From positions 3,343-67,342 of the forward strand of contig MVQY01000037.1 of assembly GCA_002067325.1 (NCBI GenBank): a stretch of 64,000 nucleotides of DNA, in the 5' to 3' direction. Within the stretch, counting starts at the first letter, position 1. Each line of letters begins with the position of its first letter. The notes beneath the pieces were generated by a model. That model made no database searches. It saw only the letters and a program-made list of their open reading frames with translations, and had not been told where the DNA came from. The position numbers and the translations under genes were made by a program. Origin of the DNA: Methanobacterium sp. PtaU1.Bin097. Lineage in GTDB: Archaea > Methanobacteriota > Methanobacteria > Methanobacteriales > Methanobacteriaceae. Shown one piece after another: positions 29,514 to 39,148 of this stretch.

Positions 29514-30321
29514 AATGGGAGTTACAATTATTCCTGAAATAATAAGAGAAAGCTTAAACAACCTGGTAAAGAATGGAGAAAGGTCCGACGACCGATCATT
29601 TGATGATTACCGGGATATCTACCTGGAAACCGGGGTGATAAGTAAGGCGGAAGGATCTGCCCGGGTTAAAATCGGTAAAACCCAGATAATGGTGGGTGCC
29701 AAACCCCAGATCGGCGAACCATTCTCTGACACACCCAACGTGGGTGTTCTAATGACCAACTCCGAATTAATACCCATGGCATCTCCAGATTTCGAGCCAG
29801 GACCCCCAGATGAACGTTCTGTTGAACTGGCAAGGGTAACTGACCGCTGCATGAGAGAAGCGGGAGTGGTTGATCTGGAAAAACTCTGTATCATAGAGGG
29901 TAAAAAGGTGTGGATGATCTTCCTGGACCTCCATATAATAGACTACGATGGAAACCTAATGGATGCAGCAGTACTGGGAAGTATGGCGGCCCTCATGGAC
30001 GCCAAGATCCCAGAAGCCAAAGTGGAAGATGATGAAGTGGTTATCGACCCAGAAAAGAAGGTATCCCTCCCCATAAAAGAAAAGGCGCTGATGTGCACCT
30101 TCGCCAAGATAGGCGGCGAATTAATAGTTGACCCTTCCTTAGAAGAGGAACAGGTCATGGACGCCCGTATCTCCATAGGCATGAGAGCAGACGGTAGTAT
30201 CTGCGCCATGCAGAAAGGCGGTATGCAACCTTTAAACAAGGATGAGATCCTAAAAGCCGTGGAAAGGACCGGGGAGATAACCAAGAAACTCATGGAACAT
30301 CTGCCACAGAACAATCAATAA
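29506..30321 (+). CDS. rrp42: exosome complex protein Rrp42 (RNase PH-like, non-catalytic)
   Basis: [39 protein letters not shown] pattern. GTG 29506 overlaps rrp41; an alternative ATG lies at 29515. Confidence 0.9.
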   Translation: MIKMGVTIIPEIIRESLNNLVKNGERSDDRSFDDYRDIYLETGVISKAEGSARVKIGKTQIMVGAKPQIGEPFSDTPNVGVLMTNSELIPMASPDFEPGPPDERSVELARVTDRCMREAGVVDLEKLCIIEGKKVWMIFLDLHIIDYDGNLMDAAVLGSMAALMDAKIPEAKVEDDEVVIDPEKKVSLPIKEKALMCTFAKIGGELIVDPSLEEEQVMDARISIGMRADGSICAMQKGGMQPLNKDEILKAVERTGEITKKLMEHLPQNNQ

Positions 30322-30386
30322 GTAACTGAAAAACTAACCAATTTACAGGTTAAAAATTTACAAGATTAAATATTCAAGGTGATAAT

Positions 30387-30656
30387 ATGGCAAGAACAAA
30401 GAAAGTAGGGGTAACCGGAAGATTCGGTGCCCGATACGGTAGGAAAGCAAAGAGAACCGTAAAGAAGATAGAAGAAAACATGAAAAAATACCATACCTGC
30501 CCTCAGTGTGACAGGCCTGGTGTAAAAAGAGTTTCCACTGGCATATGGAAGTGCCGTAAATGTAACACAGTATTTACTGGTGGAGCATACCTTCCATCAA
30601 CACCAATGGGTAAAACCGCAGCCAGGAACATCAAGAGGATTGTAGGAGGAACATAA
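30387..30656 (+). CDS. rpl37ae: 50S ribosomal protein L37Ae
   Basis: [15 protein letters not shown] start and Zn ribbon CPQC...CRKC. Confidence 0.95.
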   Translation: MARTKKVGVTGRFGARYGRKAKRTVKKIEENMKKYHTCPQCDRPGVKRVSTGIWKCRKCNTVFTGGAYLPSTPMGKTAARNIKRIVGGT

Positions 30657-30657
30657 T

Positions 30658-30789
30658 TTGTATAAATGTGCTAAATGCGGTGTCCTGGTAGATATCAAAG
30701 GATACACCGAATCAAAATGTCCCAGCTGCCGGTACAGAATCCTCTTTAAGGAAGTACCTCCGGTAAGAAGGGTGTTAAAATCCAGATAG
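30658..30789 (+). CDS. rpoP: DNA-directed RNA polymerase subunit P (Rpo12/RpoP), 43 aa, absent from the ORF track
   Basis: Hand translation from TTG 30658: (M)[42 protein letters not shown], stop TAG 30787-30789. Zn ribbon CxxC...CxxC. Canonical position after rpl37ae. Confidence 0.85.
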   Translation: MYKCAKCGVLVDIKGYTESKCPSCRYRILFKEVPPVRRVLKSR

Positions 30790-30868
30790 ACCAGGCAACT
30801 AGATAAGAACTAGTAATCTACAAATAAAACAGCAATCAATATTTACCCGTAAATGCGGATATAGTCTA

Positions 30869-31441
30869 ATGTTAATAACCACATCCAGAAAGCCATCTCC
30901 CCGAACCCGGTCCTTTGCCGGAAGCCTGGAAAGAGTTTTTAACTCTAAATACATAAACCGGGGCAAGATGAGTATGCGAGATGTGCTCCTTAAATTAAGG
31001 GCATCGGACCATACTAAGGTAGCGGTTATATCCGAGATGAAGGGTAATCCCAGCAGGATAGAATTCTTCAATCTGGAAGGCGATTCAATCCTTATCATGG
31101 ATATTACTGTCTCCAATCCCATGGGTAGCGGTAGAGTTAAGAAAAAAGAGTTACGGCTCAGATGGCAACTGGACGAGCCAGATCTCAGAGGGATTGGATT
31201 AGCTCCCAGAGATAATAGCTCAACTCTTAAAGAGACGATCATCTACGTCTTAGAAGTCCCGGAAGATCCAGTCGATCTGATTCGGAAGGACACCCTTAAG
31301 GATGAAATGAGAGAGTATTCAAATTCCAATTTAGTACTGGTTAAGGATGAAGAAAGTAAAGCATTGATGGAGTTCCATGACCAGGAGGGACAGATAACCG
31401 GGCCCCGGATATACATACATAAGTGTAGAACTGGTGATTAA
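30869..31441 (+). CDS. Brix-domain ribosome biogenesis protein (Imp4-like)
   Basis: MLITTSRKPSPRTRSFAGSL start is characteristic of archaeal Brix proteins. Superoperon position. Confidence 0.82.
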   Translation: MLITTSRKPSPRTRSFAGSLERVFNSKYINRGKMSMRDVLLKLRASDHTKVAVISEMKGNPSRIEFFNLEGDSILIMDITVSNPMGSGRVKKKELRLRWQLDEPDLRGIGLAPRDNSSTLKETIIYVLEVPEDPVDLIRKDTLKDEMREYSNSNLVLVKDEESKALMEFHDQEGQITGPRIYIHKCRTGD

Positions 31442-31702
31442 ATGACACTTCGAGGGGTGGACATGGAGTTTCAGATAGAATTCCAGGATGTAAAACAGGC
31501 AGAAATAGTCTTGAAGGCACTAGAGCCTGAGGTAGATTCTTCCCCATCTGAAAGATCCCGGGTGGAGTTGAACTTAACCGGTAAGGTACTGGATGTAAAC
31601 ATCACTGCTTCAGACGCTACATCTTTAAGGGCGTCGGTGAACTCCTATCTAAGGTGGATAATGCTGTCCCTGGATGTATTGAATGTGAATAAATCGATGT
31701 AA
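31442..31702 (+). CDS. pcc1: KEOPS complex subunit Pcc1-like protein
   Basis: 86 aa. ...AEIVLKALEPE...LRASVNSYLRWI pattern. Position between the Brix and prefoldin genes. ATG abuts the preceding stop (TAAATG). Confidence 0.65.
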   Translation: MTLRGVDMEFQIEFQDVKQAEIVLKALEPEVDSSPSERSRVELNLTGKVLDVNITASDATSLRASVNSYLRWIMLSLDVLNVNKSM

Positions 31703-31755
31703 TAAAAGATTAAAACTTTAATTAAACGTTAAATTTTAATTTAGAGGTGAATGAA

Positions 31756-32114
<359 letters not shown>

Positions 32115-32118
<4 letters not shown>

Positions 32119-32387
32119 GAAGGCTAACCGACGAGGAACTGGGTAAGGTCTCAGAGGTAGCTGTGGAAGCTGCAGAAAACTATATACTTTCCAGGGTTTC
32201 CAAAAAAGAGATCCTGGACCTGGATATAAACGCTGATATCACATACGAAGATGTATTGAACGTGGATATAACGGTAGATATTGATTTGGATGAGTTATCT
32301 GCTGCTGATGAAAATGAAATAGCAGAAAGTGCAGTGGATGCAGCTTTAAAAGAATTAGATGTTTTTATCGATGAAAATTTTAGGTGA
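32115..32387 (+). CDS. small acidic protein (DUF3194-like)
   Basis: 90 aa. TTG start overlaps the pfdB stop (TTGA). Family name is from memory. Confidence 0.5.
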
Positions 32388-32447
32388 ACAATTTTATTCT
32401 TAATTAATTAATTTTTTTTTATTTAAAAACGAAAGTGGGGTATATCT

Positions 32448-33134
32448 TTGACCGAGTTAATACCTGTCCTGGATTTAATGTCTGGAATTGCAGTATCCGG
32501 TAAATCAGGCCAGAGGGACACCTATAAGCCACTCCGCACTGTTTATTCCGGAACTCCAGATCCAGTTGACATAGTCATATCCCTTAAAAGAGAGGGATTT
32601 AAACGTATCTACGTGGCTGACCTGGATGCCATTGAGGGGAGAGGTTCTAACCTGGAAATCGTCCGGAAAATTAACCATGTACTGCCGGTTATGCTGGACT
32701 GGGGGGTTAAAGATATTGAGAGCTTTGCCTTTGCCCTGGATTTTGCAGATAAAATCATAATCGCCACGGAAACCCTTACAAGCTGGGCAGATTTAGGGGA
32801 AATATTCCATAAATTCCCCAGGCAGAGGATGATGGTTAGTATTGATGTAAAAGATGGACAGATACTAAGCAGAGATCCATCTCTCACATTCGGTGAAGTT
32901 AAATCTATACTGGAAAAACTGAAACTGGAAGAAATTATTTTACTTGATATCTCTGGGGTGGGAACTTTAAGTGGATTTAACTTGGACCTCCTGAATAATT
33001 TCAGAGGGATGGAAGATGCTTTGATACTCGGCGGGGGAATCACACCAGAAGAGGTAAAGAACCTGAATGATCGGGGGGTGAATAAATTCTTAATAGGCAC
33101 TGCTTTGCATTCCGGTAAAGTTGGTCTACAGTAG
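32448..33134 (+). CDS. HisA/HisF-family (beta/alpha)8 barrel protein, non-canonical paralog
   Basis: LIPVLDLMSG...IYVADLDAI...IIATE...ILLDISGVGT...LGGGI phosphate-binding pattern of HisA/HisF barrels. No other his genes are nearby. Confidence 0.7.
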   Translation: MTELIPVLDLMSGIAVSGKSGQRDTYKPLRTVYSGTPDPVDIVISLKREGFKRIYVADLDAIEGRGSNLEIVRKINHVLPVMLDWGVKDIESFAFALDFADKIIIATETLTSWADLGEIFHKFPRQRMMVSIDVKDGQILSRDPSLTFGEVKSILEKLKLEEIILLDISGVGTLSGFNLDLLNNFRGMEDALILGGGITPEEVKNLNDRGVNKFLIGTALHSGKVGLQ

Positions 33135-33201
33135 AAAATGAGCAGGTTCAAAACCCAAAAAATCCCTAAACTTATTTGATATCCTGTTTATAGATTTAAC
33201 C

Positions 33202-34080
33202 ATGCCAAAGTTCATGATCATCGGCCCTTTAACCAAAGACCGAATTGTAAAGAGGGACAACGTTTGTAACACCGTTGGAGGTGGTGTTTACTACCAATCA
33301 GCAGTACTATCAGGATTGGGAATGGACAACACCGTCATTACCACTATGTCAAAGATGGACAAAGGCTTAATGAAACAATTCCCAGGAGCCGCACAGATAA
33401 TCCCCATATATACCGAGAAAACCATGGAATTTGAGAATATCTACCCTGATGATAACCCCAATCACAGAATACAGAAAACACAAATCCCGGTAAATCCAAT
33501 AAAACCCGCTAATTTTAAAGATTTAAACTTCAAAGCCTACGATGCCCTACTCTTATCCCCATTATCTCCCTATGACATTCCCCAAGAAACAGTGCAATAT
33601 CTAAGTAAACAAGATATACCCATCTACCTGGGTGCCCAGGGATATTTAAGGCATGTTGAAAGTGGAAATGTGGTTTTAAAACCCTGGAGAGGCTATAAAA
33701 GATTCCTCAAACTGGTTGATTTCCTGTTTTTAGACGAACTGGAAGCCCGGGTGATACTGGGAAATTCCAGTGATAACTGCGCAGAAATCGCCCAGGTATT
33801 ATCCAATTTTGGGCCGGAAGAGGTGATTATAACCAGAGGCGACCGTGGCGCTGTTATATATTCCCAAATAACAGCCGAAAATAAAAATATCCACGATATA
33901 CCCTCTTTTCCACCAGAAGAGATAGTTGACCCCACTGGGCTGGGCGACACCTTCATGGCCGCCTATGCAGTAAAAAAACTGGAAACTCCCGATCCTGCAG
34001 AATGTGGAAGGTTCGCAGCCCATATCTCATCACTTAAGATGGGACAGAAGGGAGCTTTATTTGAAATAAAAAGAAAATAA
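33202..34080 (+). CDS. PfkB-family carbohydrate/nucleoside kinase
   Basis: N-terminal GG motif (TVGGGVYYQS) and C-terminal DPTGLGDTFMAAY anion-hole motif. Confidence 0.8.
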   Translation: MPKFMIIGPLTKDRIVKRDNVCNTVGGGVYYQSAVLSGLGMDNTVITTMSKMDKGLMKQFPGAAQIIPIYTEKTMEFENIYPDDNPNHRIQKTQIPVNPIKPANFKDLNFKAYDALLLSPLSPYDIPQETVQYLSKQDIPIYLGAQGYLRHVESGNVVLKPWRGYKRFLKLVDFLFLDELEARVILGNSSDNCAEIAQVLSNFGPEEVIITRGDRGAVIYSQITAENKNIHDIPSFPPEEIVDPTGLGDTFMAAYAVKKLETPDPAECGRFAAHISSLKMGQKGALFEIKRK

Positions 34081-34170
34081 AGATTTTTTAAGGATTCCTA
34101 GAATAAACTTTCCTTTTATCCTGGTTTCCTGAGATAAATTATTATTCTGGTTTCTTTTAAGATGAATTAT
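34070..34170. repeat. about 4-unit degenerate array (~28-31-bp period) starting at the stop codon of the PfkB-like gene
   Basis: AGAAAATAAAG (34070, contains the stop), TAGAATAAAC (34099), TGAGATAAAT (34130), TAAGATGAAT (34158). The last two units also share TAT(C/T)CTGGTTTC (34117, 34143). Confidence 0.65.
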
Positions 34171-34173
34171 TTA

Positions 34174-34377
34174 TTATCCCAGCAGTAACGGTAAAATTAC
34201 GAAGGGGGATAGTCCTGCTATTAAAAATATTAAAGCGCCAATTAGAGTTTGACGGTTATTGGAATCCATTATTCCTGTAGTTATAATTATTATCCCTGTA
34301 AATGCCAGTATAGGGGGAATTATATGGGAGAATATCAGTGAACTTTCTACCAGTGGACTGTATGCTATTTTAATCAC
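34174..34377 (-). CDS. possible small membrane protein (2 TM)
   Basis: 67 aa, hydrophobic. GTG start without a convincing RBS. Lies directly downstream of the sortase gene on the same strand. Confidence 0.4.
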   Translation of the reverse strand: MIKIAYSPLVESSLIFSHIIPPILAFTGIIIITTGIMDSNNRQTLIGALIFLIAGLSPFVILPLLLG

Positions 34378-34428
34378 CTAACTTGTATTTGATCGGTAAA
34401 ATTTATTAATTTAACGGTTTTATTCTAA

Positions 34429-35397
34429 TCAATTTATAGTTTCTATTCTAATCAATTTACAGTGTACCATCCAGGCTGCTTGTGTTGTGCCTGGAGGATA
34501 ACAGGTTACCAGGGTAAGGTTGTTGTCTCCTGGTGGGAATTTTATGGGGTCGGTTTTATAGTCCCATTTAATATCTCCATTGGACACCACCTGATAAATA
34601 TATTTCCTCTGGGTAAGATAGTCATTTATCACCACTTCATCTTCTGGCTTGAGCTGGTTGATACTTTTAAATGGGGCTGAAAAAATAGTACGATGACCTA
34701 ACAAACCCATGGTGCCGTTTTGATCGGGATAGGAACTTTCACCGTAATAAAAAACAGAATTATATCCATTTACTGTATCTGAACGAATTCCCCAGTTTAC
34801 ATCCAAGGATGGGATTGATACACTGCCCCAGAAGGGAGTTTTCGCGGGTATTAATACTGAATTTACTTTAAAGTTATTTTTGATGACTTCAAAGCCATAC
34901 TGGGCAGTTAAGATTTCCATATTGGAGGTGGAACCAAGATCATTCAGGGGGTCACCTGAGATCACCTTTTGGGTGTAGATGACGGTGTATAGATTACCAT
35001 TTTTGGGTACCCATACCTCCTTTTGCAGGTAGATATTTCCATCTCTTTCGATCTTATAGGTATTTTCGTAGATAACATCCATATTAATGGTTTTCTTGTT
35101 AGAGGAAATCAACCTGAATCCGGAATCGTATGCGGTGGTGGAGTTAAGGATGTAATCTTCCGGGGACTGATACCCTGGAGGGATGACCTGTTTGTTGATG
35201 TTTATGTTCAAATTAGGTGATGGTTGGAATGATACCACCTGCGATGAGTTAGAGCCTGGTTTTTCGTCCCAACCCTGGGGATAATCAAAGGAAATTTCCC
35301 CATCATCATAGTGTTTGGTCAGTCCAAAGTTGAAGCCAAGGTATGCTGCTGATATGATTATTAAAATTAATACAATCAGAGATAAGTGTTTTTTCAT
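34429..35397 (-). CDS. sortase-family transpeptidase with N-terminal signal anchor and extra beta-rich domain
   Basis: C-terminal domain has catalytic His (LLGHRT), the TLVTC Cys motif and a downstream Arg (KLIRIE). N-terminal TM (LSLIVLILIIISAAYLGF), then a ~150-aa domain starting ISFDYPQGW. Confidence 0.8.
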   Translation of the reverse strand: MKKHLSLIVLILIIISAAYLGFNFGLTKHYDDGEISFDYPQGWDEKPGSNSSQVVSFQPSPNLNININKQVIPPGYQSPEDYILNSTTAYDSGFRLISSNKKTINMDVIYENTYKIERDGNIYLQKEVWVPKNGNLYTVIYTQKVISGDPLNDLGSTSNMEILTAQYGFEVIKNNFKVNSVLIPAKTPFWGSVSIPSLDVNWGIRSDTVNGYNSVFYYGESSYPDQNGTMGLLGHRTIFSAPFKSINQLKPEDEVVINDYLTQRKYIYQVVSNGDIKWDYKTDPIKFPPGDNNLTLVTCYPPGTTQAAWMVHCKLIRIETIN

Positions 35398-35574
35398 TAA
35401 ATCAACATTTTCTGGGTATTTTTTTATTTAAATAGACTCTATGTTTTGTTAAATAGACTTCTACGTACATAAAAGAATTTTTTAATTAAAGGCACAATTC
35501 TACATATAAAAATTTAGACACATAAAAAAAATCTTTTCTTAAAGATATGATTAAAATTTAGCTACATATAAAGT

Positions 35575-37128
35575 TTATTCATAATGCTCCAGTATGGTTC
35601 TACGTAACTCCTTTTCAGATTCAGCTATTATTTCTACATTATCTACTGGAATATCCTGTTCTTTAAGATATTCTAAGAGTTCAGCCGGGGTTTTGTTTTC
35701 TTCTAAGTCTACTACCACTGCATTTGACTCAGAAGATATTTTTATAGGTGAATAATCTTCCAGGGCCTGGTAAGCCTCCTCAACAGCACCTGTTTTCACC
35801 CGGAAGGTGCGTATTTTGTTGGATATTTGAGCAATGTCGATGTTCATTCTCTGCAGAACAATTAAAACATGCTTATTTAAGGCTTCTTCAAGGATGGGGA
35901 TGTCAATTAAATCTTTATTTTGAATTATACGGACGGACTGGGCAATTTGAGCCACATCCCTGGCATGGGCGAAGCTGGGTTCCAGACCTTCCCCTCCTTT
36001 TTTACGAGTTTCATAAACTTTTCTGAACCGTTCCAGCACCCCTTCATTGTAATCTTCATCAAGGAGCTCCATGTTTCGTCTGAAGACCTCTACAACATCG
36101 TCCAGGTTGGGATTCATTAGAAAAATGTGTAGAGGAGCTCTTCTAAGGTGGGCTTCGTCCATGATACTTATATCCAAGTTGGTGGAGAACGCTGGAATGA
36201 AATGAGTATGTACAATGACCGGTATCCCTCTCACATAGATGGCGTCTTTTTTATTTTCCATGGGAACGATGAGACGGTTTAAGATCATCTCATGGTCATC
36301 CCTCTGTCTTCCTAAATCATCTATAAGCAGTATCCCCCCGTTTGCCTTTATTATGGGTGAGGTTTCATACACACCTTTATTGGCGTCATAATTGGTTTCT
36401 AATTTATTTAAGCTCAATTCAGCACCAGTTATAACAAATGGGGCGTATATTTTCACCCAACGTGGATCCTGGGGTTGTTCTTCGCATTTTTTATGGAAAT
36501 CCTGATCGTAAAGCTGTATCACCCTACCACTGAACTCTATAAATTTGGGAATTACGAGTGGGGGTAGTAGTTCCGGCATTTTACTAATAATAAATGTTTT
36601 ACCAGTTCCTGGGGAACCGTAGACAAATATGCCCTTACCAATGGTACATGACTCCATCATACACTCTTTAGCGTAATTAACTCCCACTATATCTTTAAAT
36701 GCATATTCTACCACATCACTGGGGATTTTTATGGGATAACGGTCTTTCATCTGTAATTCCATTACAGTATAGTAATCTTCATAGGCCACCGGGGCGATTC
36801 CGATGTAGGGATTTTCTTCAGTAACACCACGGGCTTTTTCACGGCCTTTCTGGGTTATGGTGAATTGTATACTGGAAAATAAGAACCCTCCACTGGTAGG
36901 GGCGCAAAAACCTCCTTTTTCCAGGTCATTTAATACTTTTTCCATTATATCCCAGTGTATCCCGGTAATCTCATTGATCACGCTGGTTTTAACGGTACCA
37001 AAACTAGAGACAATTTTCAAAATCAAATCTTTTATAAAAGATTCAGACAAATTAAGTTCTTCCAGGGTTCTGGGTTGTTCAAGATATTTAAATAGTTTTT
37101 CCATCTTAGGACCGTGATAATAATCCAT
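35575..37128 (-). CDS. AAA+ ATPase with N-terminal winged-helix-like domain, unclassified
   Basis: Walker A GIFVYGSPGTGKTF, Walker B GGILLIDDLGRQ, sensor-1-like AFSTNLD, Arg-rich EAHLRRAP. ATG 37128 is preceded by a GGGGAT RBS; the track's TTG 37164 is less likely. Confidence 0.75.
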   Translation of the reverse strand: MDYYHGPKMEKLFKYLEQPRTLEELNLSESFIKDLILKIVSSFGTVKTSVINEITGIHWDIMEKVLNDLEKGGFCAPTSGGFLFSSIQFTITQKGREKARGVTEENPYIGIAPVAYEDYYTVMELQMKDRYPIKIPSDVVEYAFKDIVGVNYAKECMMESCTIGKGIFVYGSPGTGKTFIISKMPELLPPLVIPKFIEFSGRVIQLYDQDFHKKCEEQPQDPRWVKIYAPFVITGAELSLNKLETNYDANKGVYETSPIIKANGGILLIDDLGRQRDDHEMILNRLIVPMENKKDAIYVRGIPVIVHTHFIPAFSTNLDISIMDEAHLRRAPLHIFLMNPNLDDVVEVFRRNMELLDEDYNEGVLERFRKVYETRKKGGEGLEPSFAHARDVAQIAQSVRIIQNKDLIDIPILEEALNKHVLIVLQRMNIDIAQISNKIRTFRVKTGAVEEAYQALEDYSPIKISSESNAVVVDLEENKTPAELLEYLKEQDIPVDNVEIIAESEKELRRTILEHYE

Positions 37129-37312
37129 AATAATACATCCCCTACAATGTTTAATCTCTTTCAAATTAAATATGTTGTAATATATTAACCCTCTTCATAT
37201 AAAAACTAGAAACCAGTAAAGATCACTGAGAAATTGATGATAGGTGGTTTATGTAAAATCTATGGGTGCTTTTTTTAAAACAAAATCAGTGTTTGCAAAA
37301 ATAATGTTGGGT

Positions 37313-37993
37313 TTAAAGTATCTTCTTAACGTCCTGAAGGTTGGGCAGAACTTCCAGTTCAATATTCCTCTCCTTCAAGAATAACTTCTCCTCTCGACTT
37401 AACTCAGAATTAACCAAGATAGCATCCATTCCAATATCAATAGCCCCCAGGATATCTTCGCTGAATTTATTACCGATCATGATGGAATTTTCCGCATTAC
37501 ATTCCATCCTATCCAGGGCCTGCTGGAATATTTTCTTATCTGGTTTCTCCGCACCTACCTCTTCAGAAGTTATTACTTCATCGAAAAAATGGTGCAGACC
37601 AAGTCTTATAAGCTTCTCCCATTGTTTAATGGTAATTCCATTGGATATAACCCCTAAATGGTAGCCCTGACTTTTCAAGTAGATCAAAGTGGGTATGGTC
37701 TCTGGAAACAGTCTTAAAAGAGCGAATTTAACGTTATGGTAGGTTATCATTCCCAGGGCAATTAACAGGGGTTTTTCCTCACCAAATACCTGTTTGGTCA
37801 AGACGTTGAAATGCTTATCATAGTTGGAGCCTTTCTCCTTGATTATCTCCCGGAGTAATTTATAGGCCTCATCTGAGGACAAGGGTAACCCCGCATCTAT
37901 CATCACACCAATGGCTGCCTTTCTAGCTAATTTGGCAAAACCAGATGTGTCGTATAAAGTATCATCAATATCAAAGAAGACAGCTTTGCTCAT
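37313..37993 (-). CDS. HAD-superfamily hydrolase (subfamily IA)
   Basis: Motif I FFDIDDTLYD, motif II VISNG, motif IV IGNKFSEDILGA. Start at MSKAVFFD is preferred over the upstream extension in the track. Confidence 0.85.
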   Translation of the reverse strand: MSKAVFFDIDDTLYDTSGFAKLARKAAIGVMIDAGLPLSSDEAYKLLREIIKEKGSNYDKHFNVLTKQVFGEEKPLLIALGMITYHNVKFALLRLFPETIPTLIYLKSQGYHLGVISNGITIKQWEKLIRLGLHHFFDEVITSEEVGAEKPDKKIFQQALDRMECNAENSIMIGNKFSEDILGAIDIGMDAILVNSELSREEKLFLKERNIELEVLPNLQDVKKIL

Positions 37994-38115
37994 GTACATA
38001 CTCTTTAGCAGAAATACTATTAAACCTTTTATAAAATTGATCAAAAAAAATTCTATTAGAAAATTCTATTAAAAAAAATTTGTTTATAAAAAGAAATTTA
38101 CACGATGCATTTCAC

Positions 38116-38787
38116 CTAAAAAAATGCATCCAGACTGCTCTGTTTTTCCTTATGAATAATATCCTCCTTAGGATAACCCACAGCCTCTATAATTCGGGTA
38201 ACAGCCGGTAAAACCTGATTATCAATGTAGTATGATGGATCGTACTGGGAGACATCGGCGTCTTCCAGGGGAACCGCCCTTTGACTGATGGCTTCCCTCC
38301 CCCTTACCACCACGTATCTGATGATGGTACCGGGACCAACCTTCCTACCCTTCGCCATGGCCTTTTTAGCAGCCATCACATGGGGTGCGCTTTGAACGTA
38401 TTCCTCGGGGTTTTTGGTTAGCTGGGTGTGGATCACCAGATTTTCCAGGGAGATATTCCCATCCTTTATCTCCTGCATAGTATCCTGAACGATTCTCACG
38501 GCCTTCTGGGGTGATCCTTCCTCCAGCAAGGCCCTTAATACTTTTTCCTGGGTTTTTTTAGCTACAGGGGCCCAGTCTCGCCTGACAAGTTCCAGGCCCT
38601 TTACCACGATGTTGCCGTCCTGTATCAGGGCGTACCGTTTCTTGGTTACGAAGAAGCCCCTCTGGAAAAAACCCTCAAACTCAAGCTCCATACCTTCTGG
38701 AAGGTCCTGATTAACCTGGGAAGTGAAGCTTTGTGCTTTATCTTTGATCTCTAAAAATCGGCTGTTATCATTCAACCAGTACACCAT
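38116..38787 (-). CDS. polB: family-B DNA polymerase, small C-terminal subunit of a split PolB (palm end plus thumb)
   Basis: 223 aa, collinear with the region of euryarchaeal PolB that follows the YxDTD motif: LEFEGFFQRGFFVTKKRYALI (KxY motif), GLELVRRDW, VIHTQLTK, YYIDNQVLPAV. Exonuclease, motif A and DTD are absent. Clean start and stop. Confidence 0.88.
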   Translation of the reverse strand: MVYWLNDNSRFLEIKDKAQSFTSQVNQDLPEGMELEFEGFFQRGFFVTKKRYALIQDGNIVVKGLELVRRDWAPVAKKTQEKVLRALLEEGSPQKAVRIVQDTMQEIKDGNISLENLVIHTQLTKNPEEYVQSAPHVMAAKKAMAKGRKVGPGTIIRYVVVRGREAISQRAVPLEDADVSQYDPSYYIDNQVLPAVTRIIEAVGYPKEDIIHKEKQSSLDAFF

Positions 38788-39148
38788 TTATGATGCCATG
38801 TTGACCGGGCCGGGATGTTACCTTTACTTTACCCAGACTGGTTTCCACCACGGCACCTTTGTTTATAATGTTCCTTCTTACAAATTGGATGTTGGCCGCA
38901 TTTTCGATGACGTTTAGAATCTCAGTTACCTGGACTTTGTTGTTTTTAGGGTCCACCACGTTTATCTTGTTTTCATTGGTAAGGCGGATCTTTTCATTTC
39001 CCCCTTTAGCACGGATCTTCTTGATCTTACGTTCACCAATTTTGGTCTCTGCTGGGTCCCTTCCAAATTCGATCTTTCTTTTATTTCGATTAGATTTACT
39101 CCGTCCGCCGGTGTGTTTTCTCAATGATTTTCCTTGCCATATTGCCAT
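38768..39148 (-). CDS. rps8e: 30S ribosomal protein S8e
   Basis: MAIWQGKSLRKHTGGR start and ...TSRPGQHGIINGVLVE end. Its 3' end overlaps the polB small-subunit start by 20 nt. Confidence 0.93.
   Translation of the reverse strand: MAIWQGKSLRKHTGGRSKSNRNKRKIEFGRDPAETKIGERKIKKIRAKGGNEKIRLTNENKINVVDPKNNKVQVTEILNVIENAANIQFVRRNIINKGAVVETSLGKVKVTSRPGQHGIINGVLVE

Noticed and set aside
38116-38787. The PolB fragment as a pseudogene remnant.
   Set aside because: It has an intact frame with its own start, is tightly coupled to rps8e, and has full-length conservation of the thumb region. The known precedent of a functional split PolB in Methanothermobacter argues against decay.
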